A stretch of 64,000 nt of DNA from Yuukianura sp. NJ FZ-2021 (GCA_046563655.1 CM102286.1:11966001-12030000), one strand, 5' to 3'. Counted from the stretch's first letter, positions 1 through 9,954 are shown. Program-made: numbers and translations. The notes: generated by a model from the sequence alone, not told the origin.

Positions 1-24
1 ATGCGAGGCCGCTTTTGCAAACGG

Positions 25-32
25 TATAAATA
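25..32 (+). promoter_or_regulatory. TATA box of the single-ChtBD2 gene
   Basis: TATAAATA about 30 nt before an initiator-like ACATTC (~62) and 316 nt before the ATG at 341. Confidence 0.5.
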
Positions 33-340
33 AGCAGGGGAACAAATGAATCGGCCTCTAATACATTCGCACTCAACTGCGAGTCACAACATTTGCTCAA
101 CCGGAAGAATTTGTGGAGTTTTCGAAATTTTGAAACCAGTTGTGAAGTTTTTCAGTTCCAGTCTATAGCCTAATCCGTTGCAAGTTTTTACAGTGGAATC
201 GGTGAAAATTTGACCTCATTCCAGGAAATAAAGGAACGAAGGAGATTAGTCTCAGACTTTGCAAAAAAAAATTTGCAACGTTGTTTTTACGCAAAGAGAA
301 AAGTTTGAGTCATACAGCAAAGTGTGTGAGGAGGTCAAAG

Positions 341-1208
341 ATGCTGAAACTAAGTTTATTCCTCTCCGGCGTCCTGTTTTTGCTTGCCACATTAGCAGGT
401 AAGCAAATGTTTGCAAAAACTTTTTGCACAAATGAAACAAAGTCGGTTTTTGAGCAAATTTAACAAAGTCGTTAATTTTTGTAACTATTCAAAAAATAAA
501 TTTGAAAAATACAAATTATTTTTTTTTTGCTCCAGGTTATTCAACTGCCTTTACATGTCCATTGCCGAATGGATATTTTCCAGACCCTCAACAGTGTGAT
601 GCCTATATATCTTGTACGAACAACGTCGCGGAACGCAAAGTGTGTCCAGAAGGACTGTTCTTCGATGACAGGCTAATACATTACCCTAGATACCCATGTA
701 CCTTCCCCCAAGAAGTACAATGTGGGTCAAGGACGCGAACAAGTAAGTTCTCAACATACTTTTTTGAATCATAGTGCATTTTGAATCTCTTGTACACTAT
801 CTGTATGTCGCATCATCGGACTTTCCCTGAACATGTCATATTTTTTCACCCGTCATTTTTTTGCAATGGAAAAAAATGAAACGTGATCCATATTTTTTTT
901 CCTGGAAAAGTCAATAAAAACGCATAGAGTTTCCCACTTGCATTTTTTCGCAATCTGACAACAAACACGCAGAGGGGATCGCGTGCAGAACTGCACGTCC
1001 CCTCCTCCTTTCTATCAATTTGAAATTTTTGCAATTTAGCAAAAATTTGAAAACAGTTCCAGGAATTGTTGAGATGATACAGCTTTTGAACAGCAAATGC
1101 AAACAATGCCGTGCCCTTATTTTTTCTTACGTGGTTTAACATTGACTAACCTTATTATTGTTTTTATCAGGGGTCAAACGTTTACCGAGAATTGGCCGAA
1201 GGAGGTGA
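341..1208 (+). CDS. Secreted single peritrophin-A (ChtBD2) domain protein, obstructor-E-like domain, ~100 aa, C-terminal RVKRLPRIGRRR tail
   Basis: Exon 341-398 encodes signal peptide MLKLSLFLSGVLFLLATLA. Exon 536-742 encodes a six-Cys ChtBD2 (CPLPNGYFPDPQQCDAYISC...CPEGLFFD...YPC...C). Candidate exon 1171-1208 is preceded by a CTAAC branch site, pyrimidine tract and CAG. Both introns are GT-AG and phase 1. The last exon is less certain than the first two. Confidence 0.75.
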
Positions 1209-2166
1209 CCCCAATCACATTTGCAACTTTCATGGAACTTCGTACGCCAACTTTGTTTCTGGAGAATTTTGTGATTAGGAGTTCCACAATGCGTGATCCA
1301 AAAGAAAACTTTGTTGACAGAATTTCAGTATTATTTTAGTTTAGGTTTTGAAGAGACATTTATGTAAAGACTTTTAGTGTTTTTCAACTTTTTTTTAACT
1401 TTTGTAGCCAATGAAGAACTGAAAGACTGTTAATGTTATTAGAATTTAGTATTTAAGTTATTGCTTTTACTAGTCACTTCTTGCGTCTTCTTTTAGAAAA
1501 TACTTTACTTTTGATACCAATTCAATTTGAAAATAAATTTTTTGAACCAAAATAAAGAAAAGTGAAAAAAAAAATCAAACCAAAATAATTCTCGAATATC
1601 ACTTCTCCAGCTTTGAAAACTTTCGTTTCAGGAATTTAAAATTTAATTTGTTTCTTCTTTTCTTAAAAGCCAATTTACAACTACATGCTAAAGCTAAAAA
1701 ATTTTCAGAAAAATGTTGAGCGTTTGTTTCAAACTAGTAAACTAAATTACTTTAAAGCCACTTCAGTCTTCATCAGAAGCGTCTTCTTTCTCAGTTGTGG
1801 TTCCATTCTTATCAGTCTCAGCAGCTTCTAGCTCATAGTTGGCCATTTTTCCAGGTCCAGTCGTGTAGTAGTCCTTACTGTAAAGGAAAATTAGCACATT
1901 TGCAAATATTTGCACTGAATAGTACCCATAAAGAAATTTGCATTTGTGTTTTACCAATTATCTGGAGCATGTTTAGGTTTAACGCAGAATCCTGTTTCGG
2001 AGTTGAAGACCTTCCCAACGGGACAACCACCAAGACGCGGCTTACCGTCCATCAAGCAAATGTAAAACTTCCTGCAATTTGAATAAATATTACAATAATA
2101 TTCTTAGAGCAGGTCAAAGGTCACGAGGTTACAAAGGTCACCTGCAGTCGTCTGGATGAGCATGAC

Positions 2167-2507
2167 TGTTGAATATAATGTTAGGTTGTAAGGCTATTTC
2201 GTTTCTTGATTCTGGGTTTTAGTCTAACCCCTCCCATCTACCTATGCTACTTTTTATCATTTTACTTATAAGAAAACAAGTTCCGTTTTGACCGTTGACG
2301 AGGTAGGACCTTCATGCCCAGTCAGTCTTATCTCTTTTACTGTATTTTTCATTGACGGGAATTAAACAATAAGTGTTCATTGGTTATTGTCGAGTGTCAG
2401 TCATCCAGTTATTTGCATGTTCAAACGTTCATCCGAAGAACTGAGGAAGTGACCTGTCGACGGGTAGTTGCTGGCGCTTCTGTTGGAATCTGAGTCGATA
2501 TCCAACA
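2167..2507 (+). repeat. 5' LTR
   Basis: TGTTGAATAT...ATATCCAACA; no difference from 8751-9091 seen by eye; terminal inverted match 9/10. Confidence 0.97.
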
Positions 2508-2510
2508 AAT

Positions 2511-2523
2511 TGGTGACCCTGGC
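2511..2523 (+). other. Primer binding site
   Basis: TGGTGACCCTGGC 3 nt after the 5' LTR; TGG complements tRNA CCA. The first 9 nt match the tRNA-Trp-type PBS as recalled; primer identity not verified. Confidence 0.75.
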
Positions 2524-2592
2524 CTATTAACGTTTGGAAATTTCATGACCTCGCATTGACCTTTGGATCATCGTGAAGATAAACACCTGTTC

Positions 2593-3270
2593 ACATCGTG
2601 GTGTGTCCCTACCGGAACGGGACTGACCTGGGTGATACACTCCAATTTTATTCATTCATTGATCATTACTAAGAGAAGGTTCTGTTCTTTTGTTTGGCTG
2701 AATTGGACGAAGTTGCTACTGGTTGACAAGAGAAAAGCATCCGTGCTCCAGTGAGTAGCCGTCCCAGGAAGCAGTCGAGCAGAAGCAGACGAGGCAACAG
2801 AGGTCAAGGACAATTGGAAAACCTATCTCAGTCACAGCAGAAGCTGCATCACCTCGTCGTTACAAAGCTCACATCGAGGCTGATCCCTGCCGGAGTGGGA
2901 TTGTACAAGGTTAGGAGTCGTTCTGATTCAATTTACATCTGATTATCTTCTAATCTCCATTCTGTTTTGATGCAACTACGAGACGATATAGAAGGAAGTC
3001 GTTACATACCAAACTAAGAAGACAGTCCAGCATTCAACCGACTTTTTACAAAGTTTACGTTGTGGCTGATCCCTGCCGGAGTGGGAATTGATAAGGTGAC
3101 TACCGTTCCAGTTATTTTTAGACTGTCCGAGTTACTAACAGACCTTTTGTTTGTGAGTCAACCAACAGCAGGGAGTCAACAATACTGGGATCGTTCACAA
3201 TACCGGAGGCCTACAACCGATAACCCTTTTATAAAGGCATACGTCGAGGCTGATCCCTGCCGGAGTGGGA
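2593..3270 (+). repeat. Spaced repeats in the retrotransposon 5' leader: three identical 23-nt cores plus one degenerate copy
   Basis: GGCTGATCCCTGCCGGAGTGGGA at 2878-2900, 3064-3086 and 3248-3270 (periods 186 and 184). Degenerate copy ACATCGTGGTGTGTCCCTACCGGAACGGGA at 2593-2622. Intervening sequence is largely divergent. Confidence 0.92.
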
Positions 3271-3344
3271 ACAATTGAAGTAAGCTACGTTCCTTACATA
3301 TCACCTGAGACCAATTTTAAGTCGTTCTCTGTCATTTGTTTATC

Positions 3345-6300
3345 ATGGTAAACTCCATCGAGCGAATCGCCAGGAAGAGAGATGCTGTTCGAGACTCCGT
3401 TACTCAATGCTGTACCGATATAGAAAATGAAATCAAAAGAGCCCCTCCACGTCTCGCAAATCTAGAAGTCCTGCTTCAGGAACTGGATGAAGTGACAGAG
3501 GAACTAAAGAGAATCGACAGCGAGTACATGGATCTTCTCATCGACGAGGATGACTATACGAGAACTAAGGGTGAAGAAGAGAATAAGCGGATTCGAGAAT
3601 ATTCTTCTAGAATTCGGAAAAATCGAAAGGCTGTTAGTGACATTCTCTACTCCGCTCAGCAAAACACCCTTCAGCTCAACGTCAACTCCCCTTCAGTTAC
3701 GGGCGGAAGCTCAAAGCACCATCTCCGTCTTCCCAAAATCACACTCAAGCAGTATTCGGGAGAACTCACTGACTGGTTGGGCTGGTGGGCCCAGTTCAAG
3801 ATCATCGACGGGAACGAAGAAATAGACGACTCTGAGAAGTTCACCTACCTCATTCAGAGTATGAAGGAAGGATCACGAGCTCACGATGTCGTCAAGCGCT
3901 TTCCTCAGTCCTCCGAAAACTATTCAAAGGCAGTCGATGCACTCAAGGAGAGATTTGGAAAACCGAAGTTGCTACGTCAAGTTTACGTCCGAGAGCTCAT
4001 CAAGATGATCCTTGACACACGAGCAAAAGAAAAAACACCAGTTGGACTCCTACATGACAAATTGGAAGCAGCATTGCGTTCGTTAGAATCATTAGGCGTC
4101 ATCAAAGAAAACATGGAAGAATTCCTCTACCCCATGGTTGAGTCGAGCCTCCCAGAAGAGATTCTACGGGCGTGGCAACGAAGCTCTAACTACGGAAGGG
4201 ACGGTTCAGAAGAGAATCCACCGAAGAGCGAGCTAGACTACCTGATGTCATTTCTGAGAGCGGAAATCGACCATGAAGAAACCAGGAAGTTGGCACGGGC
4301 TGGATTTGGACTCCATTCACATGAGCAGAAGAAACAAGTCGTCAGTCGTACCAATCCAGACGCAGACGCTGTTCCTACAGCAGCAGGACTTCATACTGGC
4401 TCCAAACTCGACCAACGTCCTGTCTGTCTTTTCTGTGGGAATGGACACGAAAGTCGAGACTGCAGAAAAGCACAGGCCATGCCCTTAGCTGACCGGAAGA
4501 AGATAGTTGAAGAGAAGCGGGCGTGTTTTGGATGTCTCAAAACCGGGCATGGGTTTCGAAAATGCCGTGCAAAGGTTGCATGTTCTAAGTGCGGGAGGAG
4601 GCATTACGCTGTCATATGCCCAGGCGACGCAACAAAGCAGCAAGAAGAAGGAACTACTTCTCAGTCAAAAGCGAAAGGAACAACACCATCAGTTCAAAGC
4701 AATCTCAACTTCACTGACAATGTTGCTCTCAAGACGTTGGTGGTCAAGGTCGTGAATCCGGCAACACAGAAAAGCAAAGAAGCGAGGTTACTCATCGACA
4801 GTGGGTCCCAGCGGTCGTTCATCACGAAGAAATTGGCTGATGAGCTTGCCCTCGTGGCCAAGGAGACAGTCACGATAAATCATACTCTCTTTGGTGGCAC
4901 AGAAGTTACTGGACAATCTCACACCATCTTTGATTTTCTTTTGTTAGGAAATCAGAAGAAGCAACCGCTCCCATTTACCATGATGGATCACCCCAGGATC
5001 TGCGGCCCTATCTCCAGAGTTGTCAGAGGACCGTGGATGACGGAGCTGAAAAGAAGACGGATCTTTGTCACAGACCTGGATCCAAAACAGCCGTCCGAAG
5101 TTGACATCCTCATAGGAGCAGACTACTACGGAACGATCATGACCGGCAGCATCATTCAATTAGAAAATGGATTGACTGCAATGGAGACAACCCTTGGATG
5201 GACTCTGATTGGTCAACCGAAGACTACAAACACTGTCGCCCTCTCAGTCATCACAATGACCGTTTCCTGCTCAAGCATTTCGGACCTGTGGAACTTAGAA
5301 ACGATTGGGATACGAGATCCTGCCGAAACAAGAACGAAAGAGGAACGGGAACGGGAAACCTACAGACATTTCGCACGAACAGTCAAGAGAGATGATTCTG
5401 GGCGTTACTCTGTGTGTCTTCCATGGGTCAGTCGGGGAGCTCAAGCGGCACTCCCATCAAACTACGACGTTGCATTCAAACGCCTTCACACCACATCGAA
5501 GAAGTTGAAGTCCTTAGGAAAGTTTGGAAGTTACGACGCTATTTTCAAGGACTGGGAAAATGAAGGAATAATCAGCGTCGTCGCAGAAGACACATCAGCC
5601 AGGTTGCACTATCTCCCACATCGAGCTGTGTTCAAGGAAAGCGTCACAACTCCTGTGAGACCAGTATTCGACGCTTCATGCAAGTTAGGCCGAAATCCAT
5701 CTCTCAATTCAAGCTTAGAAAAGGGCCCTAACTTCCTGGAGCTGATTCCGGCAATCCTTCTACGCTTCAGAATGGGAACCATTGGAGTCATTGCAGACAT
5801 AAGGAAAGCGTTCCTTATGATAGAAGTCAGTCAAGAAGATCGCAATTTTCTCCGGTTCCTGTGGTGGGAAGACCAGACGATGCAGAAAGTCAAGATCTAC
5901 CAACACAATCGCGTCGTGTTTGGTATGAACTGCTCTCCATTTCTGTTGGCAGCAGTCATTGGACATCACCTTCAGTTACTACGTACATCCAACCCAGAAA
6001 TGGCAGAAAAGATCGAGAAATCACTGTACGTGGATAACCTGGTGACTACAGTGGAATCCACTTCAGAATATGAAGATTTGAAACGAGCATCTACCAATGC
6101 CTTATCCGAGGCGAAGATGGAGCTGAGGCAATGGGAAGTGACAGGATGCCGCGGAGACAACGAGGTAACAGGAGTCCTTGGACTCAAGTGGAACAAGGTG
6201 AAGGATCTCCTGTACTGTGACATTCTACCATCAGAGATTCCAGTCAAGATTTCCAAGCGGATAATTTTATCAAAGATCCAGAGCGTTTTTGATCCCCTCG

Positions 6301-8663
6301 GTTTTCTCGCTCCGACCGTCGTGATTCCAAAACTTCTCCTCCAGAAGGCATGGATCGAAGATAAGGAGTGGGACAGACAAGTACATCCGGAAGTTGAAAA
6401 GGAATTCAGGGATTGGTGGGAAGAGTTCGTGCTTACGTCCAGTAAGATCCAGATCCCTAGAAATTGTACTGAAGGCATTCCAGTAAATACGAGAAACTGC
6501 CAACTACACTTATTTGGAGACGCAAGCAAGTCAGCGTATGCCACAGTGGCGTTCCTCAGGATCAAGACGGGAAGTGGGGTAAAAGTCCACCTTCTTCAAG
6601 CGAAGTCTAGAGTTGCCCCAGCCAAGAAGGTAACCATTCCCAGATTGGAACTGCTTTCCTGTTCAATCTCTGCGAGACTCTCAAGCACAATTCGGAAGGC
6701 ACTGGATATTGAAGCCATCCCCTTATTTCATTGGAGCGACTCTACAACTGCACTCGCATGGATCAAGAGATCAGCCGAATGGGGAACCTTTGTGGGTAAC
6801 CGCGTTAAAGAAGTTTTGGAATTGACTCCAACTGCGAATTGGCGACATGTCCCAGGAGAACTCAACCCCGCCGACCTACCCTCAAGAGGAACTTCTCCAG
6901 GAAAATTGGCGAAGTTGAGATGGTGGGAAGGACCCGAGTGGCTGAAGTTGGATGAGTCAGAATGGCCACAGTCGGAACCAGAAGTAGACGAGAGTGAAAT
7001 CAATCAGGAAGTCAAGAAGATCTCAACTGTCGCTACAATTTTTAATAAGAAGCCTTGGTACGTTGTCTTCAACAGCTATTCCAGGAACCTGAGGGTCATG
7101 TCTTACGTTCTTCGCTTCATCCACCGTACCAGACTCAAACCAGACAAGGCTGCAGTAAGATTTGGAGACGTGGAACCACCATCAGCACAAGAAATCGAAG
7201 AGGCAGAATTCAAAATTTTCAAGTTGATCCAGAATGAATCATTCCATAAGGGAGACAGCGTCATTGACGGATTGCGCGTGGAACGAGACAAGGATGGTGT
7301 TATCCGTGTCAAGACAAAGCTCTTATACAGAAACGACACGGAGTACTTCAAATCACCAGTACTACTGCCAAACTCACATCCCATGGTGGACGCCTTCATC
7401 AAGGAAGAACACGTCAGGAACTGCCATGGAGGAGCACAGCTACTAATGGGAAGAATCAGGGAGAAGGCGTGGATTATTCAAGGAAGACGAGCAATTAAGA
7501 AGATAATTCACACATGCGTCCTCTGCAGAAGATACGACACTCAGAAGTGTGCAGTGGCCCCTAGCGCATTGCCAGAGGGAAGAGTGAAGGACGCGACAGC
7601 ATTTGAAATAGTAGGAGTTGATCTAGCCGGCCCTCTTACGCTACGAGACAACAGCAAAGCCTACATCGTCCTTTTCACATGCGCCGTGTACAGAGGCGTC
7701 CATCTAGAGGTCGTCCAGTCGCTGTCTACAGAAGATTTCCTTCTCGCTTTTTTCCGATTCTGCAAACGGAAACGACGACCATTGACTGTCTTCTCCGATA
7801 ACGGCACCAACTTCAAAGGAGCAGTTAATTTATTCAAGACGATAGACTGGAAGTTGGTCGTGGAAAGAACAGAAGCGGAACGGATCTGTTGGCGTTTCAA
7901 CCCTCCCGCGGCTCCATGGTGGGGAGGATGGTGGGAACGTCTCATTCGCTCCGCCAAGGATTTACTCAGAAGGATGTTGGGAAAAAATCGTGTCAGCTAC
8001 GTGGAGTTGGAAACTTGTCTCTGCGCCGTGGAGTCAGCAATGAATAACCGTCCTCTAACCTACGTGACGGAAGACCAGAATGACTTAACTCCTCTGACAC
8101 CAGCGATGTTCATCACTTGTCTACCAGAAACGGAGTTCCCAGAAGGACAAGTGGTGAGTATTCCTTCAATTCAAAAACGTAAACAAAGTTTATTCAAGTT
8201 GCAGGAAGAATTACGGAGCAGATTCCGGAACGAGTACCTCTCCCAACTTGTGCAACGGGGAAAAGAAAAGAAGACGCGTTCCTTTCGAATCGGAGAAGTC
8301 GTCCTCGTGGAAATGGAGCATCAGAAGCGTGTACTTTGGCCTTTAGGGAAAATCGAAGAACTCGTCACTGGGAAAGATGGCGAGATACGAGTAGCCAAGG
8401 TTAAGACCAGTACGGGAGTACTCACTCGTCCATTACAGCGTCTTTTCCCACTCGAGGTTGGACCAGAAGAGATTCTCCAGACGCTCAAGACTGCAGATGT
8501 CGAGGACCCTGAAGTGACACTACCGGCTCAGATTCAAACTGAAGAAAACGAGGCCACTGTCGAGCACGACGAAGACGAAGCGGATCTAGTGGTTCCGCCC
8601 CCAGCGACAACGCGGACTCGATACGGAAGAATGGTTCAAGCACCCAAGCGGTTTGGAGATTAA
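3345..8663 (+). CDS. BEL/Pao gag-pol polyprotein (Gag, 3 Zn knuckles, aspartic protease, RT, RNase H, integrase)
   Basis: Uninterrupted ORF with first ATG at 3345. Motifs: LPKITLKQYSG Gag, CLFCGNGHESRDC / CFGCLKTGHGFRKC / CSKCGRRHYAVIC, LIDSGS protease, ADIRKAF and YVDN RT, FGDAS...IPRLEL...WSDS RNase H, NPADLPSRG, GVDLAGP / SDNGTNF / WERLIR integrase. Confidence 0.97.
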   Translation: MVNSIERIARKRDAVRDSVTQCCTDIENEIKRAPPRLANLEVLLQELDEVTEELKRIDSEYMDLLIDEDDYTRTKGEEENKRIREYSSRIRKNRKAVSDILYSAQQNTLQLNVNSPSVTGGSSKHHLRLPKITLKQYSGELTDWLGWWAQFKIIDGNEEIDDSEKFTYLIQSMKEGSRAHDVVKRFPQSSENYSKAVDALKERFGKPKLLRQVYVRELIKMILDTRAKEKTPVGLLHDKLEAALRSLESLGVIKENMEEFLYPMVESSLPEEILRAWQRSSNYGRDGSEENPPKSELDYLMSFLRAEIDHEETRKLARAGFGLHSHEQKKQVVSRTNPDADAVPTAAGLHTGSKLDQRPVCLFCGNGHESRDCRKAQAMPLADRKKIVEEKRACFGCLKTGHGFRKCRAKVACSKCGRRHYAVICPGDATKQQEEGTTSQSKAKGTTPSVQSNLNFTDNVALKTLVVKVVNPATQKSKEARLLIDSGSQRSFITKKLADELALVAKETVTINHTLFGGTEVTGQSHTIFDFLLLGNQKKQPLPFTMMDHPRICGPISRVVRGPWMTELKRRRIFVTDLDPKQPSEVDILIGADYYGTIMTGSIIQLENGLTAMETTLGWTLIGQPKTTNTVALSVITMTVSCSSISDLWNLETIGIRDPAETRTKEERERETYRHFARTVKRDDSGRYSVCLPWVSRGAQAALPSNYDVAFKRLHTTSKKLKSLGKFGSYDAIFKDWENEGIISVVAEDTSARLHYLPHRAVFKESVTTPVRPVFDASCKLGRNPSLNSSLEKGPNFLELIPAILLRFRMGTIGVIADIRKAFLMIEVSQEDRNFLRFLWWEDQTMQKVKIYQHNRVVFGMNCSPFLLAAVIGHHLQLLRTSNPEMAEKIEKSLYVDNLVTTVESTSEYEDLKRASTNALSEAKMELRQWEVTGCRGDNEVTGVLGLKWNKVKDLLYCDILPSEIPVKISKRIILSKIQSVFDPLGFLAPTVVIPKLLLQKAWIEDKEWDRQVHPEVEKEFRDWWEEFVLTSSKIQIPRNCTEGIPVNTRNCQLHLFGDASKSAYATVAFLRIKTGSGVKVHLLQAKSRVAPAKKVTIPRLELLSCSISARLSSTIRKALDIEAIPLFHWSDSTTALAWIKRSAEWGTFVGNRVKEVLELTPTANWRHVPGELNPADLPSRGTSPGKLAKLRWWEGPEWLKLDESEWPQSEPEVDESEINQEVKKISTVATIFNKKPWYVVFNSYSRNLRVMSYVLRFIHRTRLKPDKAAVRFGDVEPPSAQEIEEAEFKIFKLIQNESFHKGDSVIDGLRVERDKDGVIRVKTKLLYRNDTEYFKSPVLLPNSHPMVDAFIKEEHVRNCHGGAQLLMGRIREKAWIIQGRRAIKKIIHTCVLCRRYDTQKCAVAPSALPEGRVKDATAFEIVGVDLAGPLTLRDNSKAYIVLFTCAVYRGVHLEVVQSLSTEDFLLAFFRFCKRKRRPLTVFSDNGTNFKGAVNLFKTIDWKLVVERTEAERICWRFNPPAAPWWGGWWERLIRSAKDLLRRMLGKNRVSYVELETCLCAVESAMNNRPLTYVTEDQNDLTPLTPAMFITCLPETEFPEGQVVSIPSIQKRKQSLFKLQEELRSRFRNEYLSQLVQRGKEKKTRSFRIGEVVLVEMEHQKRVLWPLGKIEELVTGKDGEIRVAKVKTSTGVLTRPLQRLFPLEVGPEEILQTLKTADVEDPEVTLPAQIQTEENEATVEHDEDEADLVVPPPATTRTRYGRMVQAPKRFGD

Positions 8664-8731
8664 TCAGTGATTTTGCCAATGGTTTTAGGTTATTTTAGTT
8701 TAAGGCTTTGTTTCATTTTTAAGTTAACGTT

Positions 8732-8750
8732 AAAATGAAAGGTGGGAATA
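8732..8750 (+). other. Polypurine tract
   Basis: AAAATGAAAGGTGGGAATA immediately before the 3' LTR. Confidence 0.8.
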
Positions 8751-9091
8751 TGTTGAATATAATGTTAGGTTGTAAGGCTATTTCGTTTCTTGATTCTGGG
8801 TTTTAGTCTAACCCCTCCCATCTACCTATGCTACTTTTTATCATTTTACTTATAAGAAAACAAGTTCCGTTTTGACCGTTGACGAGGTAGGACCTTCATG
8901 CCCAGTCAGTCTTATCTCTTTTACTGTATTTTTCATTGACGGGAATTAAACAATAAGTGTTCATTGGTTATTGTCGAGTGTCAGTCATCCAGTTATTTGC
9001 ATGTTCAAACGTTCATCCGAAGAACTGAGGAAGTGACCTGTCGACGGGTAGTTGCTGGCGCTTCTGTTGGAATCTGAGTCGATATCCAACA
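8751..9091 (+). repeat. 3' LTR
   Basis: Copy of 2167-2507, followed by TSD ATGAC. Confidence 0.97.
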
Positions 9092-9947
9092 ATGACGATC
9101 GTGATCACCAAACTTCAATTTGGAAAAGCGTTGGTTCATATTTGGACATTTGAAGTCAAGAACAGTGTGCGCCGGACAGTCTTTGCGATGAGCCAAATCT
9201 GGATGAACGCAAGTGCCCAAACTGTGATCAAAGATGACGCCCTCGGGACATGTTTTTTCGTAGGCAACGCCCTCTAGACAGTGGTAGAACTTCTGACACG
9301 AAATGTCCGACGGAAATGGGTAGAAGCCGTTGCGTCTTGCGCAGTTTACGTCATTGGATTGCGGCGGTTCTGAAAATGTTAGAAATTATTTAATCAGAAT
9401 TTTCGAAATTTTTCAAAATTTCATTTCAGAGCAAGAGCTTACGGAGTTTCGGACGTTTGGAGCAGTCGACGTTATGTGGATAGTCGCACATCCGGATGGC
9501 TTCGGAGAAGACAAACCCGTCATCGCACAAGCGCTCAGAGAGTTTTCCACTTTTGAGACAGTCGTAGAACAGGTCGCACTGCTCAATATCCGAAATGGCA
9601 TAGGTTTCATTCCTAGGCTGACATTTTTCCGTTGGCTCACCCACGCTGTCTGAAAAACAGAAAAAGGTCAAAGGTCAAATCTTGTTTAAATATCAAATAC
9701 TAAACGAGTCAAAATTTTGGCATCCATTTCTGTAAAACTAAAAATTGTGAGACTTACCTTGAAGAAGTAAGCAAAGAACGGCTGCTGCTGCTGTGCAGTA
9801 GTTTATCTTGATCAGTATGGACATCTTCCAGAAGTTGTTACTGTTCCGAGAAACGTTCAAAATTTTGAAATATTTTTAAAAGAAGAGAATAGTTTTTCAA
9901 GGAATTGGAAATGTTGACTGGAAGGCAGTGGAACTGGCGCGGAAGCT

Positions 9948-9954
9948 TTTTATA
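9948..9954 (-). promoter_or_regulatory. TATA box of the obstructor gene
   Basis: TATAAAA on the minus strand, ~30 nt upstream of an initiator-like CCAGTC (~9921-9916) and 130 nt upstream of the ATG at 9824. Confidence 0.5.

Larger units (their letters stand above)
2167..9091 (+). mobile_element. Full-length BEL/Pao LTR retrotransposon (6925 bp)
   Basis: Two 341-bp LTRs (TGTTG...CAACA), 5-bp TSD ATGAC (2162-2166, 9092-9096), PBS, PPT and a single gag-pol ORF with BEL/Pao domain order. Confidence 0.98.
1763..9824 (-). pseudogene. Obstructor/CPAP3 cuticle protein gene (signal peptide + 3 ChtBD2) disrupted in coding exon 3 by an LTR retrotransposon
   Basis: Exons 9824-9758 (signal peptide), 9649-9443 (ChtBD2-1), 9369-9092 plus 2161-2142 (ChtBD2-2 and start of -3), 2071-1955 and 1877-1763. 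Removing the element and one ATGAC copy restores ...FGDHDRH|AHPDDCRKFYICLMDGKPRLGGCPVGKVFN..., with consistent splice phases and no other lesion. Confidence 0.93.

Noticed and set aside
2878..3270. CRISPR array interpretation of the 23-nt repeats with unique spacers
   Set aside because: Eukaryotic retrotransposon leader, spacers ~160 nt with residual mutual similarity, and no cas genes.
2878..3270. Hammerhead ribozymes or a repeated micropeptide (ADPCRSG) in the leader cores
   Set aside because: CTGA is not followed by the NGA...GAAA core. The peptide frames lack consistent ATG starts, and the core shows no synonymous variation.
5609..7957. Antisense ORFs within gag-pol (e.g. 5972-6565)
   Set aside because: Shadow ORFs of the long sense frame with no recognisable motifs.
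8664..8750. env-like gene in the BEL/Pao element
   Set aside because: Only ~87 nt separate the pol stop from the 3' LTR.
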